DNA of 35,656 nt from a bacterium (GTDB taxonomy: Bacteria; Patescibacteriota; Minisyncoccia; Phycocordibacterales; Phycocordibacteraceae), in the NCBI GenBank assembly GCA_021833245.1, contig JAKBGA010000003.1:1-35656 (forward strand). Reading direction: 5' to 3'. The notes under the pieces are model-generated. The model had not been told where the DNA came from. It ran no database searches and saw nothing but the letters and a program-made list of their open reading frames with translations. Below are positions 1 through 11,800 of the stretch, piece by piece (the first letter of the stretch is position 1; every line of letters starts with the position of its first letter). Position numbers and translations under genes: made by a program.

Positions 1-2
1 TT

Positions 3-497
3 GTTGCTATTCACGACTCACTCACAGACGAATATTCTTCATACTCAAAAGAGGAACTCCCGAAACTTTGGCCAATTATTGAACGTGCCGATGTACTCAT
101 TGGTTTTAATTCAGATGCATTCGATATTCCACTTCTCAATCGTTATTACCCAGGCGACCTTTCACATATACGTTCTCTTGATCTTTTAAGTGAGATTCAG
201 AAAGTGCTCGGTCGACGTATTCGACTCCAATCTCTTGCGGAAGCTACACTCAATCGTGGTAAGAAGGGTGATGGACTCAAGGCGGGTGAGTGGTGGAGAG
301 AGGGGGAAACGGAAAAAGTTCGCAAATATTGCATTGAAGACGTCCGCCTCACACGAGAACTTTATAAGTATGCGCTCGAGCATGGTGTGGTTAAATATAA
401 AGATCTACGCGATATTCGTGATATCAAGCTTGACACGTCATCTTGGGTACGCGAAGTAGGAACGACACCTGCCATGACGTACGCTTTACCATTATGA
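3..497 (+). CDS. 5'-truncated DEDD-superfamily 3'-5' exonuclease (RNase H-like, YprB/RNase_H_2 type)
   Basis: Frame 3 is open from the window edge (VAIHDSLTDEY...LIGFNSDAFDIPLL...LDLL...LGRRIRLQSLA...YCIEDV). ExoII GFNxxxFD and ExoIII YCxxDV motifs are present. Stop overlaps the next ATG (ATGA). Confidence 0.8.
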   Translation, partial: VAIHDSLTDEYSSYSKEELPKLWPIIERADVLIGFNSDAFDIPLLNRYYPGDLSHIRSLDLLSEIQKVLGRRIRLQSLAEATLNRGKKGDGLKAGEWWREGETEKVRKYCIEDVRLTRELYKYALEHGVVKYKDLRDIRDIKLDTSSWVREVGTTPAMTYALPL

Positions 498-1171
498 AAT
501 CTTCATTTACGATTCCGGTTGCGATTATTCTTGGCGGCATCATTGTTGCGATCGCGATATATGTCTCAGTGCCAAAATACGTTTCAACAAGTTTAAGCGC
601 GGGGAACCCTGCGCTTGTGCGTCCTGTAACCAGTAATGACCACATACTCGGGAATCCTGCCGCGCAGGTGATGATTGTTGAATATGCTGATTTTGATTGC
701 GAATATTGCAAGAATTTCAATGAGACACTCCGCCAAATCATTGCCACCGAAGGAATCAGTGGGAAGGTTGCTCTTGTGTTTCGCGAATTTCCGCTCATCG
801 AAATTCACCCGAATGCGCTTCCTCTGGCGCGAGCTGCAGAATGCGTCGCCAAGACTGCTGGAAATGACGCATTCTGGAAATTCACAAACTTGCTTTTTGT
901 AAATCAACCAGTTGATCCAACAAACCTTGGGGTACTTGCAGCAACTGTGGGTGTCTCGGGAAACACGTTCGCTACTTGTTATGCTAATGCGACAAAAACT
1001 GTCGATGCGCGCATTATGTCGGATCGTCAGAACGCAATTACTATTGGTGCGCACGGTACACCGTATTCGGTCATTCTCACCGCAAACGCAGCACCAGTCA
1101 TCATGAGCGGCGCCTATTCCTATGATGCGGTAAAACAACTCGTCGACCAGGCGCTAAGCAAGGTCCCGTAA
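494..1171 (+). CDS. Membrane-anchored DsbA/thioredoxin-like disulfide oxidoreductase
   Basis: N-terminal TM helix; DHILGNPAA..IVEYADFDCEYC (CxxC); FREFPL..IHP; cis-Pro GTP motif. Start placed at ATG 494, overlapping the upstream stop. Confidence 0.88.
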   Translation: MKSSFTIPVAIILGGIIVAIAIYVSVPKYVSTSLSAGNPALVRPVTSNDHILGNPAAQVMIVEYADFDCEYCKNFNETLRQIIATEGISGKVALVFREFPLIEIHPNALPLARAAECVAKTAGNDAFWKFTNLLFVNQPVDPTNLGVLAATVGVSGNTFATCYANATKTVDARIMSDRQNAITIGAHGTPYSVILTANAAPVIMSGAYSYDAVKQLVDQALSKVP

Positions 1172-1173
1172 AA

Positions 1174-2007
1174 TCACCCGCCCATTAACCCGAGCCGATA
1201 AATATCAAACGAGTTTTCTCCTTCAAACATATCAGACGGGTTTGGGAGATAGACACGCCGCCGAGAAATCTCCGCTGTTGCATCATTGATGAGGTGGTGG
1301 AAAACAAGAAAATCTTCGCTGCATTTACGAAAGTCTATTTCATACCGTCGCATTTGTGCACTCCCGTCAACATTTTTTGTTTTTTTGCATTCATATACGA
1401 TAAAACGTCGCACTGGTGCTGCAAAGAGTTCTTCGACGGTATAATAGTTAAAAATCGCCTGAATAATAAAAAGTGTTTTTGTGGCGCCTTTTTTGCTAAA
1501 GGCCGTAACAAACTTATGATCCACAATATCGACTGCACCCGATTCAACACGCGAGGCTACAACTAAATCCGAAACAGCCTTAACAGGCAAGGTAAGCCCT
1601 TCCACCTTCGTAACACCCTTAACTTCGACACCAAGGACTTTATGTCTAGGTGGTCGTTTCAGATAATATGAGATGGCTCTCAAATACTCCTGCTCCATGG
1701 CTTTCCGTTTCTCTTTTTTTGCATGACGCGTTTTTGCTCGACCGAAATCAATTTCAAAATCCGCAACCATACGCAAAGACTCAAGCCCTTTTTGTATGGC
1801 ATCTTCTTTGCGAACGCCACTATAGAAATATTGCAATGCTAAGTGTCCTGCCCGACCAACAACGGAGGCAGGCGTTGAAGGGGTGTCGTATATCTTTTCG
1901 ACGTACCGTTTATACCATGCAAGCGGATTACGCAAGTACGCCATTAATGAGGAATGACTCCAATGCTTGATAGGCAGTTTCTCCTGCCCTTTCTTTCGTC
2001 TCTTCAT
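1174..2007 (-). CDS. PD-(D/E)XK nuclease family protein (RecB/AddB/Cas4-like nuclease domain)
   Basis: SHSSL..YLRNP..WY..Y, GxxxHxxL, SDLVV, IVDHK and QxxxY-like (QAIFNYY) motifs. TATACT 7 nt upstream of ATG 2007 supports this start. Confidence 0.75.
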   Translation of the reverse strand: MKRRKKGQEKLPIKHWSHSSLMAYLRNPLAWYKRYVEKIYDTPSTPASVVGRAGHLALQYFYSGVRKEDAIQKGLESLRMVADFEIDFGRAKTRHAKKEKRKAMEQEYLRAISYYLKRPPRHKVLGVEVKGVTKVEGLTLPVKAVSDLVVASRVESGAVDIVDHKFVTAFSKKGATKTLFIIQAIFNYYTVEELFAAPVRRFIVYECKKTKNVDGSAQMRRYEIDFRKCSEDFLVFHHLINDATAEISRRRVYLPNPSDMFEGENSFDIYRLGLMGG

Positions 2008-2014
2008 AGGGATC

Positions 2015-2020
2015 AGTATA
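2015..2020 (-). promoter_or_regulatory. -10 element (TATACT), leaderless-type, for the PD-(D/E)XK gene
   Basis: GCTATACT-gatccct-ATG on the minus strand. Confidence 0.55.
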
Positions 2021-2212
2021 GCGAAAAACAAGTGCCGTTGGTAACCATTGAGAAAGCAGGGGAAGATATCTCAATGAAGCGATTTCTAAAAAACCACTAT
2101 CTGTATATATCGATCATGATTGATCCTCTACATCAACGGTATCCTAATTCCAATATATCTAACGCAACCAATACACGTCAATCGATGTGATAATTAAAAA
2201 TGAAATTAGAAA

Positions 2213-3403
2213 CTAATACGATTTCAGATGTCGTGCCTTGTCATGGAAGCGAATTTTTTCAAGCGCCTTTGCTTCAATTTGACGAATACGTTCGCGCGTA
2301 ACTCCGAACTCCTTCCCGACTTCTTCAAGAGTGTGGTAAATACCATCCATGAGGCCATGACGCATTTCGAGAATCTTGCGCTCTTTCGGTGAGAGATCGT
2401 CTAAAATAGAACGTACTTGCTCTGTTAAAATACGTTCGGAAGATTCTTGCACAGGTGAAGGTATCTTGTCATCGGGAATAAAGTCACCGAGAGTCGACCT
2501 TTCATCATCATCGGAACCAACTGGATTTTCCAGAGAAAGCGTATCCTGATTTATTTTTTCTATCTGATACACCTTTTCTGGCTCGACGCCCATCTCAACC
2601 GCAATTTCTTCTGGTTGCGGATCACGTCCAAGCGCTTGCGCGAGACGTCGTGAGACTTGCTTATATTTAGCAATAGTTTCTACCATATGAACAGGAATGC
2701 GGATGGTACGTGACTGATCGGCAAGCGCTCGCGTAATCGCTTGACGAATCCACCAGGTCGCATAAGTCGAAAACTTATATCCCTTCTTCCAATCGAACTT
2801 ATCCACGGCACGAAAAAGTCCAAGATTTCCCTCCTGAATGAGATCTAGTAGCGTGAGGTCCGGACTTCGCCCAACGTATTTCTTTGCAATAGAAACAACG
2901 AGGCGTAGATTACTACGCGCAAGAATGTTTCTAGCCTCGGTGTCATTCTTCTCGATGCGTTTCGCTAGCTCGCGTTCCTCGGCTGCAGTCAGAAGTGGGT
3001 ACTGCCCGATTTCTCTAAGATAAATCTGGATGGAGTCGTATCCAGCCGAGTGTCGATCTTTGATATTACGTGTGGCAAGGTATTCATCGGCCGTATCCTC
3101 AAGGATACCGCCCTCAAGAACATCGACACCTGCGACCGCGAAACGCTCATACAGCGACTCTAGAAAATTAACGTCCTCTTCGATATGCGGGAACGATTTA
3201 AGAATTTCACTATAGGTAACGTAACCACGCTCCTTGCCTTTTTCAATAAGTGCATCAGCTGAAATAGACCTCTGTGAGTTTGCTTTTGCTTTTGTTCCGC
3301 GTGTAATCGCACGCACAATTTGTTTTTTTGTGCGCAATGCTTTCGCGTGAACAGACTTCTTCGTCCGGCGAGAAACCGTCTTTTTCTTTTTGGATTTTGC
3401 CAT
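2213..3403 (-). CDS. rpoD: RNA polymerase primary sigma-70 factor
   Basis: Region 1.1 ([16 protein letters not shown]), 1.2 ([11 protein letters not shown]), 2 ([28 protein letters not shown]), 3 (IRIPVHMVE) and 4 ([20 protein letters not shown]). Start at MAKSKKK. Confidence 0.96.
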   Translation of the reverse strand: MAKSKKKKTVSRRTKKSVHAKALRTKKQIVRAITRGTKAKANSQRSISADALIEKGKERGYVTYSEILKSFPHIEEDVNFLESLYERFAVAGVDVLEGGILEDTADEYLATRNIKDRHSAGYDSIQIYLREIGQYPLLTAAEERELAKRIEKNDTEARNILARSNLRLVVSIAKKYVGRSPDLTLLDLIQEGNLGLFRAVDKFDWKKGYKFSTYATWWIRQAITRALADQSRTIRIPVHMVETIAKYKQVSRRLAQALGRDPQPEEIAVEMGVEPEKVYQIEKINQDTLSLENPVGSDDDERSTLGDFIPDDKIPSPVQESSERILTEQVRSILDDLSPKERKILEMRHGLMDGIYHTLEEVGKEFGVTRERIRQIEAKALEKIRFHDKARHLKSY

Positions 3404-3422
3404 ATAAAAAAATAAATCGAGG

Positions 3423-5120
3423 TCAATTACCGAGCATAGCGAGACGCGTGGAAAGTTTTGCGCACAAACTCTGTGCATTCGCTATCAGAACAGCATCTCC
3501 CGATATCTCAGCTCTACGTAAGTTCCCCACTGCTTCTTGATATGCCTTGCGGATAACCGCTTCTTCAAAGGCATGAAGAAGCTCGTCTGCAGAGTGCTCG
3601 TCAGGATCCTTCCCAAATGTCTGTTCCGCGTAGAACAGCGCAGATTCCGGAGGCATAACAAACGGCAGATTTTGAGCTCCAGTAATTCGACAATACTCTG
3701 ATTCTACGCGCTTCGCAAGGGGCGTATCGTGGTAAGAGTGGAAAACGGCTATGAGCTGCTCCGAACGCACTTCTGTCGGTGAACGAACAGGCAGTGGGGC
3801 CGATTTCTGTATACTCACGGTATCGCCAGCGATCTCAGAATATTTCGATAGCTGCTTAACCGATTCATGAATATCCTTGATAGGAACTTCCTGAAGATAC
3901 CTAGCGGTTTTCTCTATAAAATATCCGCGCTCTGTCAAATTCGATATAGAGGCCAGGAGCGGATAGACTATTTCTTGAACAAGACGTTGAAATCTGTGCT
4001 GATCACGTTCAAGTTCTGCGAGTTCTGCAAGAAAAAAATCGACAATTGGTTTCGCTGCGATAACACGGGTCGAAAACTCTTTTGGATCTTTGTTTATGAG
4101 GTCTGCCGGGTCTTCCCCTGAAGGCAACGAAGCCGCCTTTACCCTGAGACCTTGCCGAAGTGCTAATTTTGCCGAACGTGCCGTCGCCATAAGTCCAGCT
4201 GAATCCGCGTCAAGAACGAGCATTAGATTTTCGCTATAGCGCTTCATAAGCGAAATGTGATGCTCGGAAAGCGCGGTACCAGAGAGCGCTACGGTATTCT
4301 TGAAACCCGCTTGGTGTGCAAGAAGTACATCCATCTGCCCCTCGACGAGCATCGTAAAGTCACGCATGCGTATAGCGTCCTTCGCCATATCCATACCAAA
4401 AAGAATCTCGAACTTATGATAAAGATCAGTCTCTGGACTGTTGAGATATTTCGCTTGTTCATCAACCGCAAGCGTGCGACCAGTGAATGCGACAGTGCGA
4501 CCTGAACTATTGCGTATCGGGAATAAGAGCCGATTGCGAAAACGGTCATAATAGGTACCCGGTTTCCCGTCTGCCTCTTTAATAAGCCCCGCCACAACGA
4601 GTTCATCCGTCGTGAAACCCCTTGCAGTAAGTGCTTTGAGAAGAGTATGCCAGGCATCTGGTGCATAGCCAATCCGCCAGGTTACAATTGTTTCGTCAGT
4701 GAGACCACGTTTTTTTGCGTATGTCTCGGCGGGACTCCCGGGAAGTTCCCCGACATACCATTCGCTCGCTTGATTCATCAGAGTAAACAGACGTTCTTTC
4801 TTCGACGATATGTCTTTGTAATTCTCGTCGTGTGTATATTCGATAATAACACCAGCTTTCTCGGCGAGAATATTCAAAGCCCCTTTGAAATCGACACCCT
4901 CTATCTTTTCGATAAAAGAAAATATATCACCACCCAGCCCGCAGCCAAAACAGTGCCAGGTACCACGTTCAGGCGAAACATAGAACGATGGCGTCTTCTC
5001 TTTATGAAACGGGCAGAGACCCGCCATTGAACGCCCCGCGCGCTTCAGCTTCACGTACGGATTTACAACCTCGACAATGGAGAGACGGTCCTTGATCAAG
5101 GCGACCGTGTCCCGCGTCAT
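3423..5120 (-). CDS. dnaG: DNA primase
   Basis: [15 protein letters not shown] zinc-binding domain; [11 protein letters not shown]; KYLNSPET; TOPRIM VEGQMDV and DADSAG; EDPAD. Confidence 0.97.
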   Translation of the reverse strand: MTRDTVALIKDRLSIVEVVNPYVKLKRAGRSMAGLCPFHKEKTPSFYVSPERGTWHCFGCGLGGDIFSFIEKIEGVDFKGALNILAEKAGVIIEYTHDENYKDISSKKERLFTLMNQASEWYVGELPGSPAETYAKKRGLTDETIVTWRIGYAPDAWHTLLKALTARGFTTDELVVAGLIKEADGKPGTYYDRFRNRLLFPIRNSSGRTVAFTGRTLAVDEQAKYLNSPETDLYHKFEILFGMDMAKDAIRMRDFTMLVEGQMDVLLAHQAGFKNTVALSGTALSEHHISLMKRYSENLMLVLDADSAGLMATARSAKLALRQGLRVKAASLPSGEDPADLINKDPKEFSTRVIAAKPIVDFFLAELAELERDQHRFQRLVQEIVYPLLASISNLTERGYFIEKTARYLQEVPIKDIHESVKQLSKYSEIAGDTVSIQKSAPLPVRSPTEVRSEQLIAVFHSYHDTPLAKRVESEYCRITGAQNLPFVMPPESALFYAEQTFGKDPDEHSADELLHAFEEAVIRKAYQEAVGNLRRAEISGDAVLIANAQSLCAKLSTRLAMLGN

Positions 5121-5122
5121 AC

Positions 5123-8100
5123 TTATAGTGCGCGAGTCGTACGCCCTGAAAAGTTTTGTCGTTCAACGTGTCGTGATGCAGGACGTGCATCCTGAAGCTT
5201 CGTAATGGTTGCATGTTTCCTGCTTCCAGGGAAACCGGTGCCCGCGGGAATGAGGCGGCCAAGAATAACGTTTTCCTTTAGCCCACGCAAACGATCAATA
5301 TTGCCACGAAGCGCTGCATTGATGAGGATTTTTGTCGTCTGTTCGAAAGAAGCTGCGGAAAGGAATGATTGACGTGAAAGTGCACTTTCCTTGATGCCGA
5401 GCACGATTTCAGACGCATGGGGCAGGAGTTTACCCGCTAACTCAATATTCGCTACCGCCCTTGCGAATTCCCAATCCTCAATAACGTCGCCAACTGAATA
5501 ATCGGTGTCACCTGCATCAGTTATCTTCACTCGTGAGAACATTTGCTTTACAACAACTTCAAGATGTTTACGTGATACCGATGCACCTTGCAGTTCGTAA
5601 ATCTTTGATGCTTCAGCAATGATGTATTCTTGCACCACGGCACGCCCTGCGTATTCGAAGAGCACGTCAATATCTGCAGAACCGTCTGTAAGAATCTGAC
5701 CCTTTGTGACGGTATCACCCTCCTTAACGAGGGGAACTCGCGGATACGGCGCGAGATATTCGTATGCCGAGCCATCCTTCTTCCCTTGCCCTGCAAGAGG
5801 TGCCACAACAATAATCTTTTCGCGACCTTCTTCTTTTATCTCTGCGACTAAACCATCGGATTTCGAAATGACAGCTGGGTTTTTCGGCGAACGCTTTTCA
5901 AAAACCTCCTCGACACGCGGGAGGCCGCTCGTGATGTCACCACCAACTGATGCAACGCCGCCGGCGTGGAAAGTACGCATTGTGAGTTGTGTACCCGGCT
6001 CACCGATAGCCTGTGCAGCAACTGTACCAACCGCCTCACCTAGATCCACTATTTCCTGGGTCGTGAGGTCCATTCCATAACATGTCTGACACACACCATA
6101 GCGCGTTTCGCATGACATCGGCGAGCGTGCAACGACTGTAGTGACTTGAGACGCAGCGAGTGCTTCCGCATCTTCTGCAGAGAGATAATGTTTTTTCTTG
6201 AAAAGAACAATTCCGTCGTGATCTTTCACGTCTTCAGCAAGCACACGTCCACGCAACGCTTCGGCATAATTGATCTGAATACCGGAAGCGCTCACGCGAT
6301 TGATCTTCACGCCCCGAACGGTACCGCAGTCCTTCTCGGTCACTATAGAATCCTGCGCCACGTCGAAGAGACGACGTGTGAGGTACCCCGCCTTTGCCGT
6401 ACCGAGTGCTGTATCGGTAAGACCCTTACGCGCACCGTGCGTGGACATGAAATATTCAATCGGATTTAGCCCCTCCACCATCGAGGAGATGATCGGAACC
6501 TCAATCGTTTCGCCTGCGGTGTTTTGAATAAGACCCTTCATACCCGCCATTTGCGTTAAGTTGCCGAGCGTACCGCGTGCGCCACTTTTTACCATATCAG
6601 CAACGGAACCCATTGGGTCGAGCTCTGCCGCCACCTGATCTTCAACTGACTGTTTTGCACCTTGCCACGTCTCAATGGCCATGCGACGCTTTTCCTCCTC
6701 AGCGAGGAGACCATTTTGATATGCTTCCTGGATTTTAACAATTTTTGCAGCTGCTTCGGCGACAATGCGTGGTTTCTCTTTCGGTACAGAAACATCGTCA
6801 ATAGCCCAAGAAATTCCTGATCGAGTCGCATAATCGAAACCAAAACGTTTCACTTTATTTACGATTTCTGGAACCGCATCGAGTCCGTAACGAGTAATAC
6901 AGTCGGTAACAATACGTGCAAGCACTTTTTTAGTGATAGTTTCATTAATGAACGGATAATCAGCTGGCAATACGGTGTTGAAAAGGAGTCGGCCAACGGT
7001 TGTCTCAAACGAGTGACCATCGAAAGCTGCGTACTTTTCTTTTCCAAGAACCGGTAACACATTAATTTTAGCGCGCAAATCAATTGCGCCATATTCAAAT
7101 GCGAGAATTGCCGCATTTGGTGAAGAAAAATGGTTGCCCTCGCCCTTCATTCCTTCAACTGTCTTGGTAAGCCAGTAAACACCGAGAATGATATCGAGTG
7201 GTTTACCCGTAAGAACGATCATATCGCCACTCCCTGGCTTGAGAATATTTTTGTTCGCACTCATGACGTTCGCTGCTTCCCATTGCGCTTCTTCCGAAAG
7301 AGGAACATGTACGGCCATTTGATCGCCATCAAAATCTGCGTTAAATGCGTTGCAGACGAGTGGGTGCAGTTGAATAGCATCGCCCTCGATGAGGCGAGGA
7401 CGAAATGCTTGAATGCCTTGGCGATGCAGAGTCGGCGCACGGTTCAACAGTACGTATTTTCCGGCGATAGCCTCCTCAAGAAGTTCCCATACTTCCGCGA
7501 CACCGTCTTCAATAAGACGGCCAGCTCCACGAATATTGAAGGCGAGTTCACGCTCGAGAAGTCCCGCGATTACAAACGGGCGGAAAAGCTCAAGTGCCAT
7601 GTGTTTTGGTAACCCGCACTCATCAAGTTCAAGATCGGGACCAACAACGATAACAGAGCGCCCTGAATAATCAACGCGCTTACCGAGTAGGTTCTGACGA
7701 AAGTAACCCTGTTTCCCTTTCAGATAGTCGGCAAGTGACTTGAGTGGTCGACGTTGTGCGAGTGTCATTGCACCAGCTGCGGCACCACTTTTGCGAATAG
7801 AGTTGTCAAGAAGCGCATCAACGGCCTCTTGAAGGATGCGCTTTTCATTACGCAGGATGACTTCCGGCGCGTGAATAGCAAGAAGTTTCTTGAGACGATT
7901 GTTGCGATTGATAACGCGGCGATAAAGATCATTCACATCTGAGGTCGCATGACGACCACCTTCGAGCGCGACCATGGGCCTAAGCGCCGGAGGAATGACA
8001 GGAATCCGCGTAAGGAAGAGCCATTCTGGGCGTACACCCGAAGCAATAAGCCCTGCGATAAGTGAGAGACGCTTCGCAAGTTTTTCACGTTCAGCAACAC

Positions 8101-8860
8101 CTGCGCGCTCATAACGCGTAACTAGTGTTTTCTCGAGTTCCTTAAGATCGAGTTTGCAAAAAATGTCATAAATAGCTTCGGCGCCAATACGCGCTTCAAA
8201 GAGACCGCCGTATTTCACAGAGAAACGATGGTACTCAAGCTCGTCAAGAACCTTGCCGACAACGATACTGTCGATCTCGGCTTTAGTGAATGTCATCTTT
8301 TCCTTGAGCGCATCACGATCTTTGTCGCTACCAAGCGACTTATATTTCGATTTGTACTCGCTTTCAAGTTCTGTGAGAAGACGTTTTTTTTCATCCTCCA
8401 TAACCTTGGTGACAATATAACCAGCGAAATAAACGACCTTTTCAATATCAGTAGCGGAAGCACCAAGAAGAAGAGCCATCCTTGATGGTACGCTGCGGAG
8501 AAACCAAATGTGCGCGACTGGCGTGCAAAGCTCAATGTGACCCATACGTTCTCGCCGCACAATCGAACGAGTGATTTCGACGCCACATTTATCGCAGACT
8601 ATACCTTTGTAGCGAATACCTTTATATTTGCCGCAATAACATTCATAATCCTTTTCAGGACCAAATATTTTCTCATCAAAAAGCCCATGCTTCTCGGAGC
8701 GCTGAGTACGGTAGTTGATAGTTTCTGGTTTGGTCACTTCTCCAGAAGACCATGCAAGAATGCGCTCTGGTGAAGCGAGCGTAAGTCGTAAACAATTCCA
8801 AGTATCCTGACGACTTGTTGGCAAACGCGAGGAAAAACTATTGCGAGGGGTAAGTGCCAT
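5123..8860 (-). CDS. rpoC: RNA polymerase beta' subunit
   Basis: KPETINYRT, Zn ribbon, catalytic NADFDGDQMAVH, HGARKGLTDTA, GEPGTQLTMRTFH, GRLIPAGTG. Confidence 0.99.
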   Translation of the reverse strand: MALTPRNSFSSRLPTSRQDTWNCLRLTLASPERILAWSSGEVTKPETINYRTQRSEKHGLFDEKIFGPEKDYECYCGKYKGIRYKGIVCDKCGVEITRSIVRRERMGHIELCTPVAHIWFLRSVPSRMALLLGASATDIEKVVYFAGYIVTKVMEDEKKRLLTELESEYKSKYKSLGSDKDRDALKEKMTFTKAEIDSIVVGKVLDELEYHRFSVKYGGLFEARIGAEAIYDIFCKLDLKELEKTLVTRYERAGVAEREKLAKRLSLIAGLIASGVRPEWLFLTRIPVIPPALRPMVALEGGRHATSDVNDLYRRVINRNNRLKKLLAIHAPEVILRNEKRILQEAVDALLDNSIRKSGAAAGAMTLAQRRPLKSLADYLKGKQGYFRQNLLGKRVDYSGRSVIVVGPDLELDECGLPKHMALELFRPFVIAGLLERELAFNIRGAGRLIEDGVAEVWELLEEAIAGKYVLLNRAPTLHRQGIQAFRPRLIEGDAIQLHPLVCNAFNADFDGDQMAVHVPLSEEAQWEAANVMSANKNILKPGSGDMIVLTGKPLDIILGVYWLTKTVEGMKGEGNHFSSPNAAILAFEYGAIDLRAKINVLPVLGKEKYAAFDGHSFETTVGRLLFNTVLPADYPFINETITKKVLARIVTDCITRYGLDAVPEIVNKVKRFGFDYATRSGISWAIDDVSVPKEKPRIVAEAAAKIVKIQEAYQNGLLAEEEKRRMAIETWQGAKQSVEDQVAAELDPMGSVADMVKSGARGTLGNLTQMAGMKGLIQNTAGETIEVPIISSMVEGLNPIEYFMSTHGARKGLTDTALGTAKAGYLTRRLFDVAQDSIVTEKDCGTVRGVKINRVSASGIQINYAEALRGRVLAEDVKDHDGIVLFKKKHYLSAEDAEALAASQVTTVVARSPMSCETRYGVCQTCYGMDLTTQEIVDLGEAVGTVAAQAIGEPGTQLTMRTFHAGGVASVGGDITSGLPRVEEVFEKRSPKNPAVISKSDGLVAEIKEEGREKIIVVAPLAGQGKKDGSAYEYLAPYPRVPLVKEGDTVTKGQILTDGSADIDVLFEYAGRAVVQEYIIAEASKIYELQGASVSRKHLEVVVKQMFSRVKITDAGDTDYSVGDVIEDWEFARAVANIELAGKLLPHASEIVLGIKESALSRQSFLSAASFEQTTKILINAALRGNIDRLRGLKENVILGRLIPAGTGFPGSRKHATITKLQDARPASRHVERQNFSGRTTRAL

Positions 8861-8898
8861 ATTAGTTTAATGATTGTTGATAATGGATATACTACGCC

Positions 8899-11800
8899 TT
8901 ACTCGGAGTCTGGAAGTGGGGGTAAGTTTAGAGGTTCAACATCGAGTGCTAAGCCACGAATTTGGTTGGTGAGTACTGCGAATGATGCGGGCGTACCAGT
9001 ATGACTAATCGGTTCACCTTTTACGATAGCATCAAATGCCGCGGAACGACCCTGAATGTCATCCGATTTTATGGTGAGCATTTCACGAAGCGTATAAGCA
9101 GCACCATATCCGAGTAGCGCCCAGACCTCCATTTCACCAAAACGTTGACCGCCATTCTGTGCCTTACCGCCTAAAGGTTGTTGCGTAATAAGGCTGTAGG
9201 GACCAATGGAACGCATATGAATTTTATCTTCAACCATGTGGTGAAGCTTTAGGATGTACATGTAGCCAACCGCGATTGTCTGCGCAAATGCCTCGCCCGT
9301 GTGACCATCATAAAGCTGCATTTTCCCAGTACGAGAAAAGTTAGCAGCCTCAAGTTCATCACGTATCTCATCTGGCGTTGCGCCGGCAAATGGAGGCACG
9401 ACTGCTTGATAACCGAGTGTATGCGCCGCGAGCCCTAGGTGCATCTCGAGAATCTGTCCGAGGTTCATACGAGAAGGAACACCGAGTGGCGTGAGAATAA
9501 GGTCAACTGGATTACCGTCTTTGTCGTATGGCATGTCGGCAATTGGTAACACACGGCTAATGACACCTTTATTACCGTGACGTCCCGCGAGCTTATCACC
9601 GACAGAAACATTCCGCACCTGGGCGATTGTAACAACAATCTTTTTTATGACGCCACTCTCCAACTGGTCTCCACGTTCACGCGAGAATACTTTGACACCA
9701 ATAATGCGACCACGTTTCCCACCCTCCATGCGGAGTGATGTATCCTTCACATCCTTTGCCTTATCACCAAAAATGCTGCGTAAGAGCCGTTCCTCTGGTG
9801 TAAGTTGCGTTTCACCTTTTGGTGTCACCTTACCTACAAGAATGTCACCTGGGCGTACCTCTGCACCAATGCGAATGACGCCTTCTTCGTCAAGATTTTT
9901 TAAACGTAGCTCACCAACATTTGGAATATCATGTGTTGTTGTCTCGGGACCAAGCTTCGTATCACGTACGACACATTCGAAGTCCTCAATATGTACGGTT
10001 GTAAACTTCGCCTCCTCAACGAGACGTTCGGAAATTATAATAGCGTCTTCATAATTTGCCCCATTCCAACTCATGAACGCAACACGTACATTTTGTCCAA
10101 GTGCGAGCTGTCCATGATCCGTCGATGAATTATCCGCAAGCACATCTCCTTTCTTAACTGTATCACCGAGCACAACTGAGGGGCGTTGCATGAATGCCGA
10201 ATTTTGATTTGTTTGTGTAAGTCCTTGAAGACGATATTCTTTTGACTTCCCTTCTCTATTTTTCACGATAACTTTACGTGCATCAACATGTGAAACTTCA
10301 CCTGCTTCCGTTGCCAACACAAGGCGACCGGTGCTACGCGCGGCGTGCGCCTCAATACCGGTCGCAACGAGCGGTGCCTCGGGGACAAGGACAGGAGTTG
10401 CCTGCTTCTGCATGTTCGAACCCATGAGAGCTCGGTTCGCGTCATCGTGGTCAACAAAGGGAATCATCGAGGTCGCGATGGAAAACATTTGATAAGTTGA
10501 GGCGTCCATGAATGTGATTGCTTCGCGCGGTGCGATAATTGGATCTCCTTTGTGACGTGCCTCAACAAAGTCGGGAACGATGCGGCCAGAACTATCGACC
10601 TCGGTCGCGCCGTGCGCAACCATTTCAAGTTCTTCATCAAGCGCGTTAAGGTAAATAATTTCATCCATTACTTTCCCGTTTTTCACACGCGCATATGGCG
10701 TCTCAATAACGCCGAAATCATTCGTACGCGCATGCGTTGCGAGACGTAGGATAAGGCCGATATTTTGTCCTTCTGGTGTATGTATAGGACAAAGACGCCC
10801 ATAATGAGAGGGGTGTACATCGCGCACCTCAAAACCTGCACGCTCACGCGTGAGCCCACCTGGACCAAGCGCCGAGAGCGTACGCATGTTCTCAAGCTCA
10901 GCGAGAATATTTTGTTGCTCCATAAACTGCGAAAGCTGATTAGCGGTAAAGAACTCGTGTACTGACGCGTGAAAAGGTCGTGGATTGACAAGCGCCATCG
11001 GCAGTGTGGTTTCTGTGGGAGTAGTCGACATACGATCTTGAATATTGCGCTTCATACGACTCATACCGACACGCATACGTGCCTGCAAGAGTTCGCCAAC
11101 GAAACGCACGCGTCGAAACCCGAGATGATCAATATCATCAGGACGTGCGTGCGGATCTGCATTTAACTTTGTGATTTCCGAAACAATGTGTACAAAATCC
11201 ACAAGCCCAAGTGTACGCCTTTCAAGCGCTTTCTCTGTGACAGGAAGACCAAATCGTGCATTAAGACGATGACGACCGACCTTACCTAGATCGTAGCGTT
11301 CAACTGAGAAGAGCGATTGCACGAAATTTTTCGCATTCTCGGGCGTTGCGAGATCTCCATCACGCATGCGTCGATGGATCTCAACATATGCCTCTTCGAC
11401 CGATTTCGCCTCATCATGTTCGAGCGTGGCCCTTATTGCGGCGAGCGCTAGTGGATCCTTCGTGAAATGTTTTGTAACAGCCTCACCTACTCCGCCACCA
11501 AAGACTGTCAGAAGCTCAGTGATGGGGAACTTACGTTTCCGGTCTATCTTCACAAAAATGGCACCATCCGCTTCAGAATCAAACTCAATCCACACGCCAC
11601 GAAGCGGAATTATTTTCGCACCAAAAAACGGTTTACCGCGCAGAAGTTCAGAAACGAAAAATGCGCCGAAACTACGCGCGAGTTGTGGAACAATGGCACG
11701 TTCGACCCCCGACACAATGAAAGAACCGTGCGGTGTCATGATAGGCATATCTGCGAGGAATATTTCCTGTGACTTCTCCGAACCGAATGTTTTATTAATG

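Noticed and set aside
1174-2007. Cas4 / CRISPR-Cas association
   Set aside because: No repeat-spacer array or other cas genes in the window, and the Cas4 cysteines are absent
2046-2076. 8-bp inverted repeat CATTGAGA/TCTCAATG downstream of rpoD
   Set aside because: 15-nt loop and no U-tract; too weak to call a terminator
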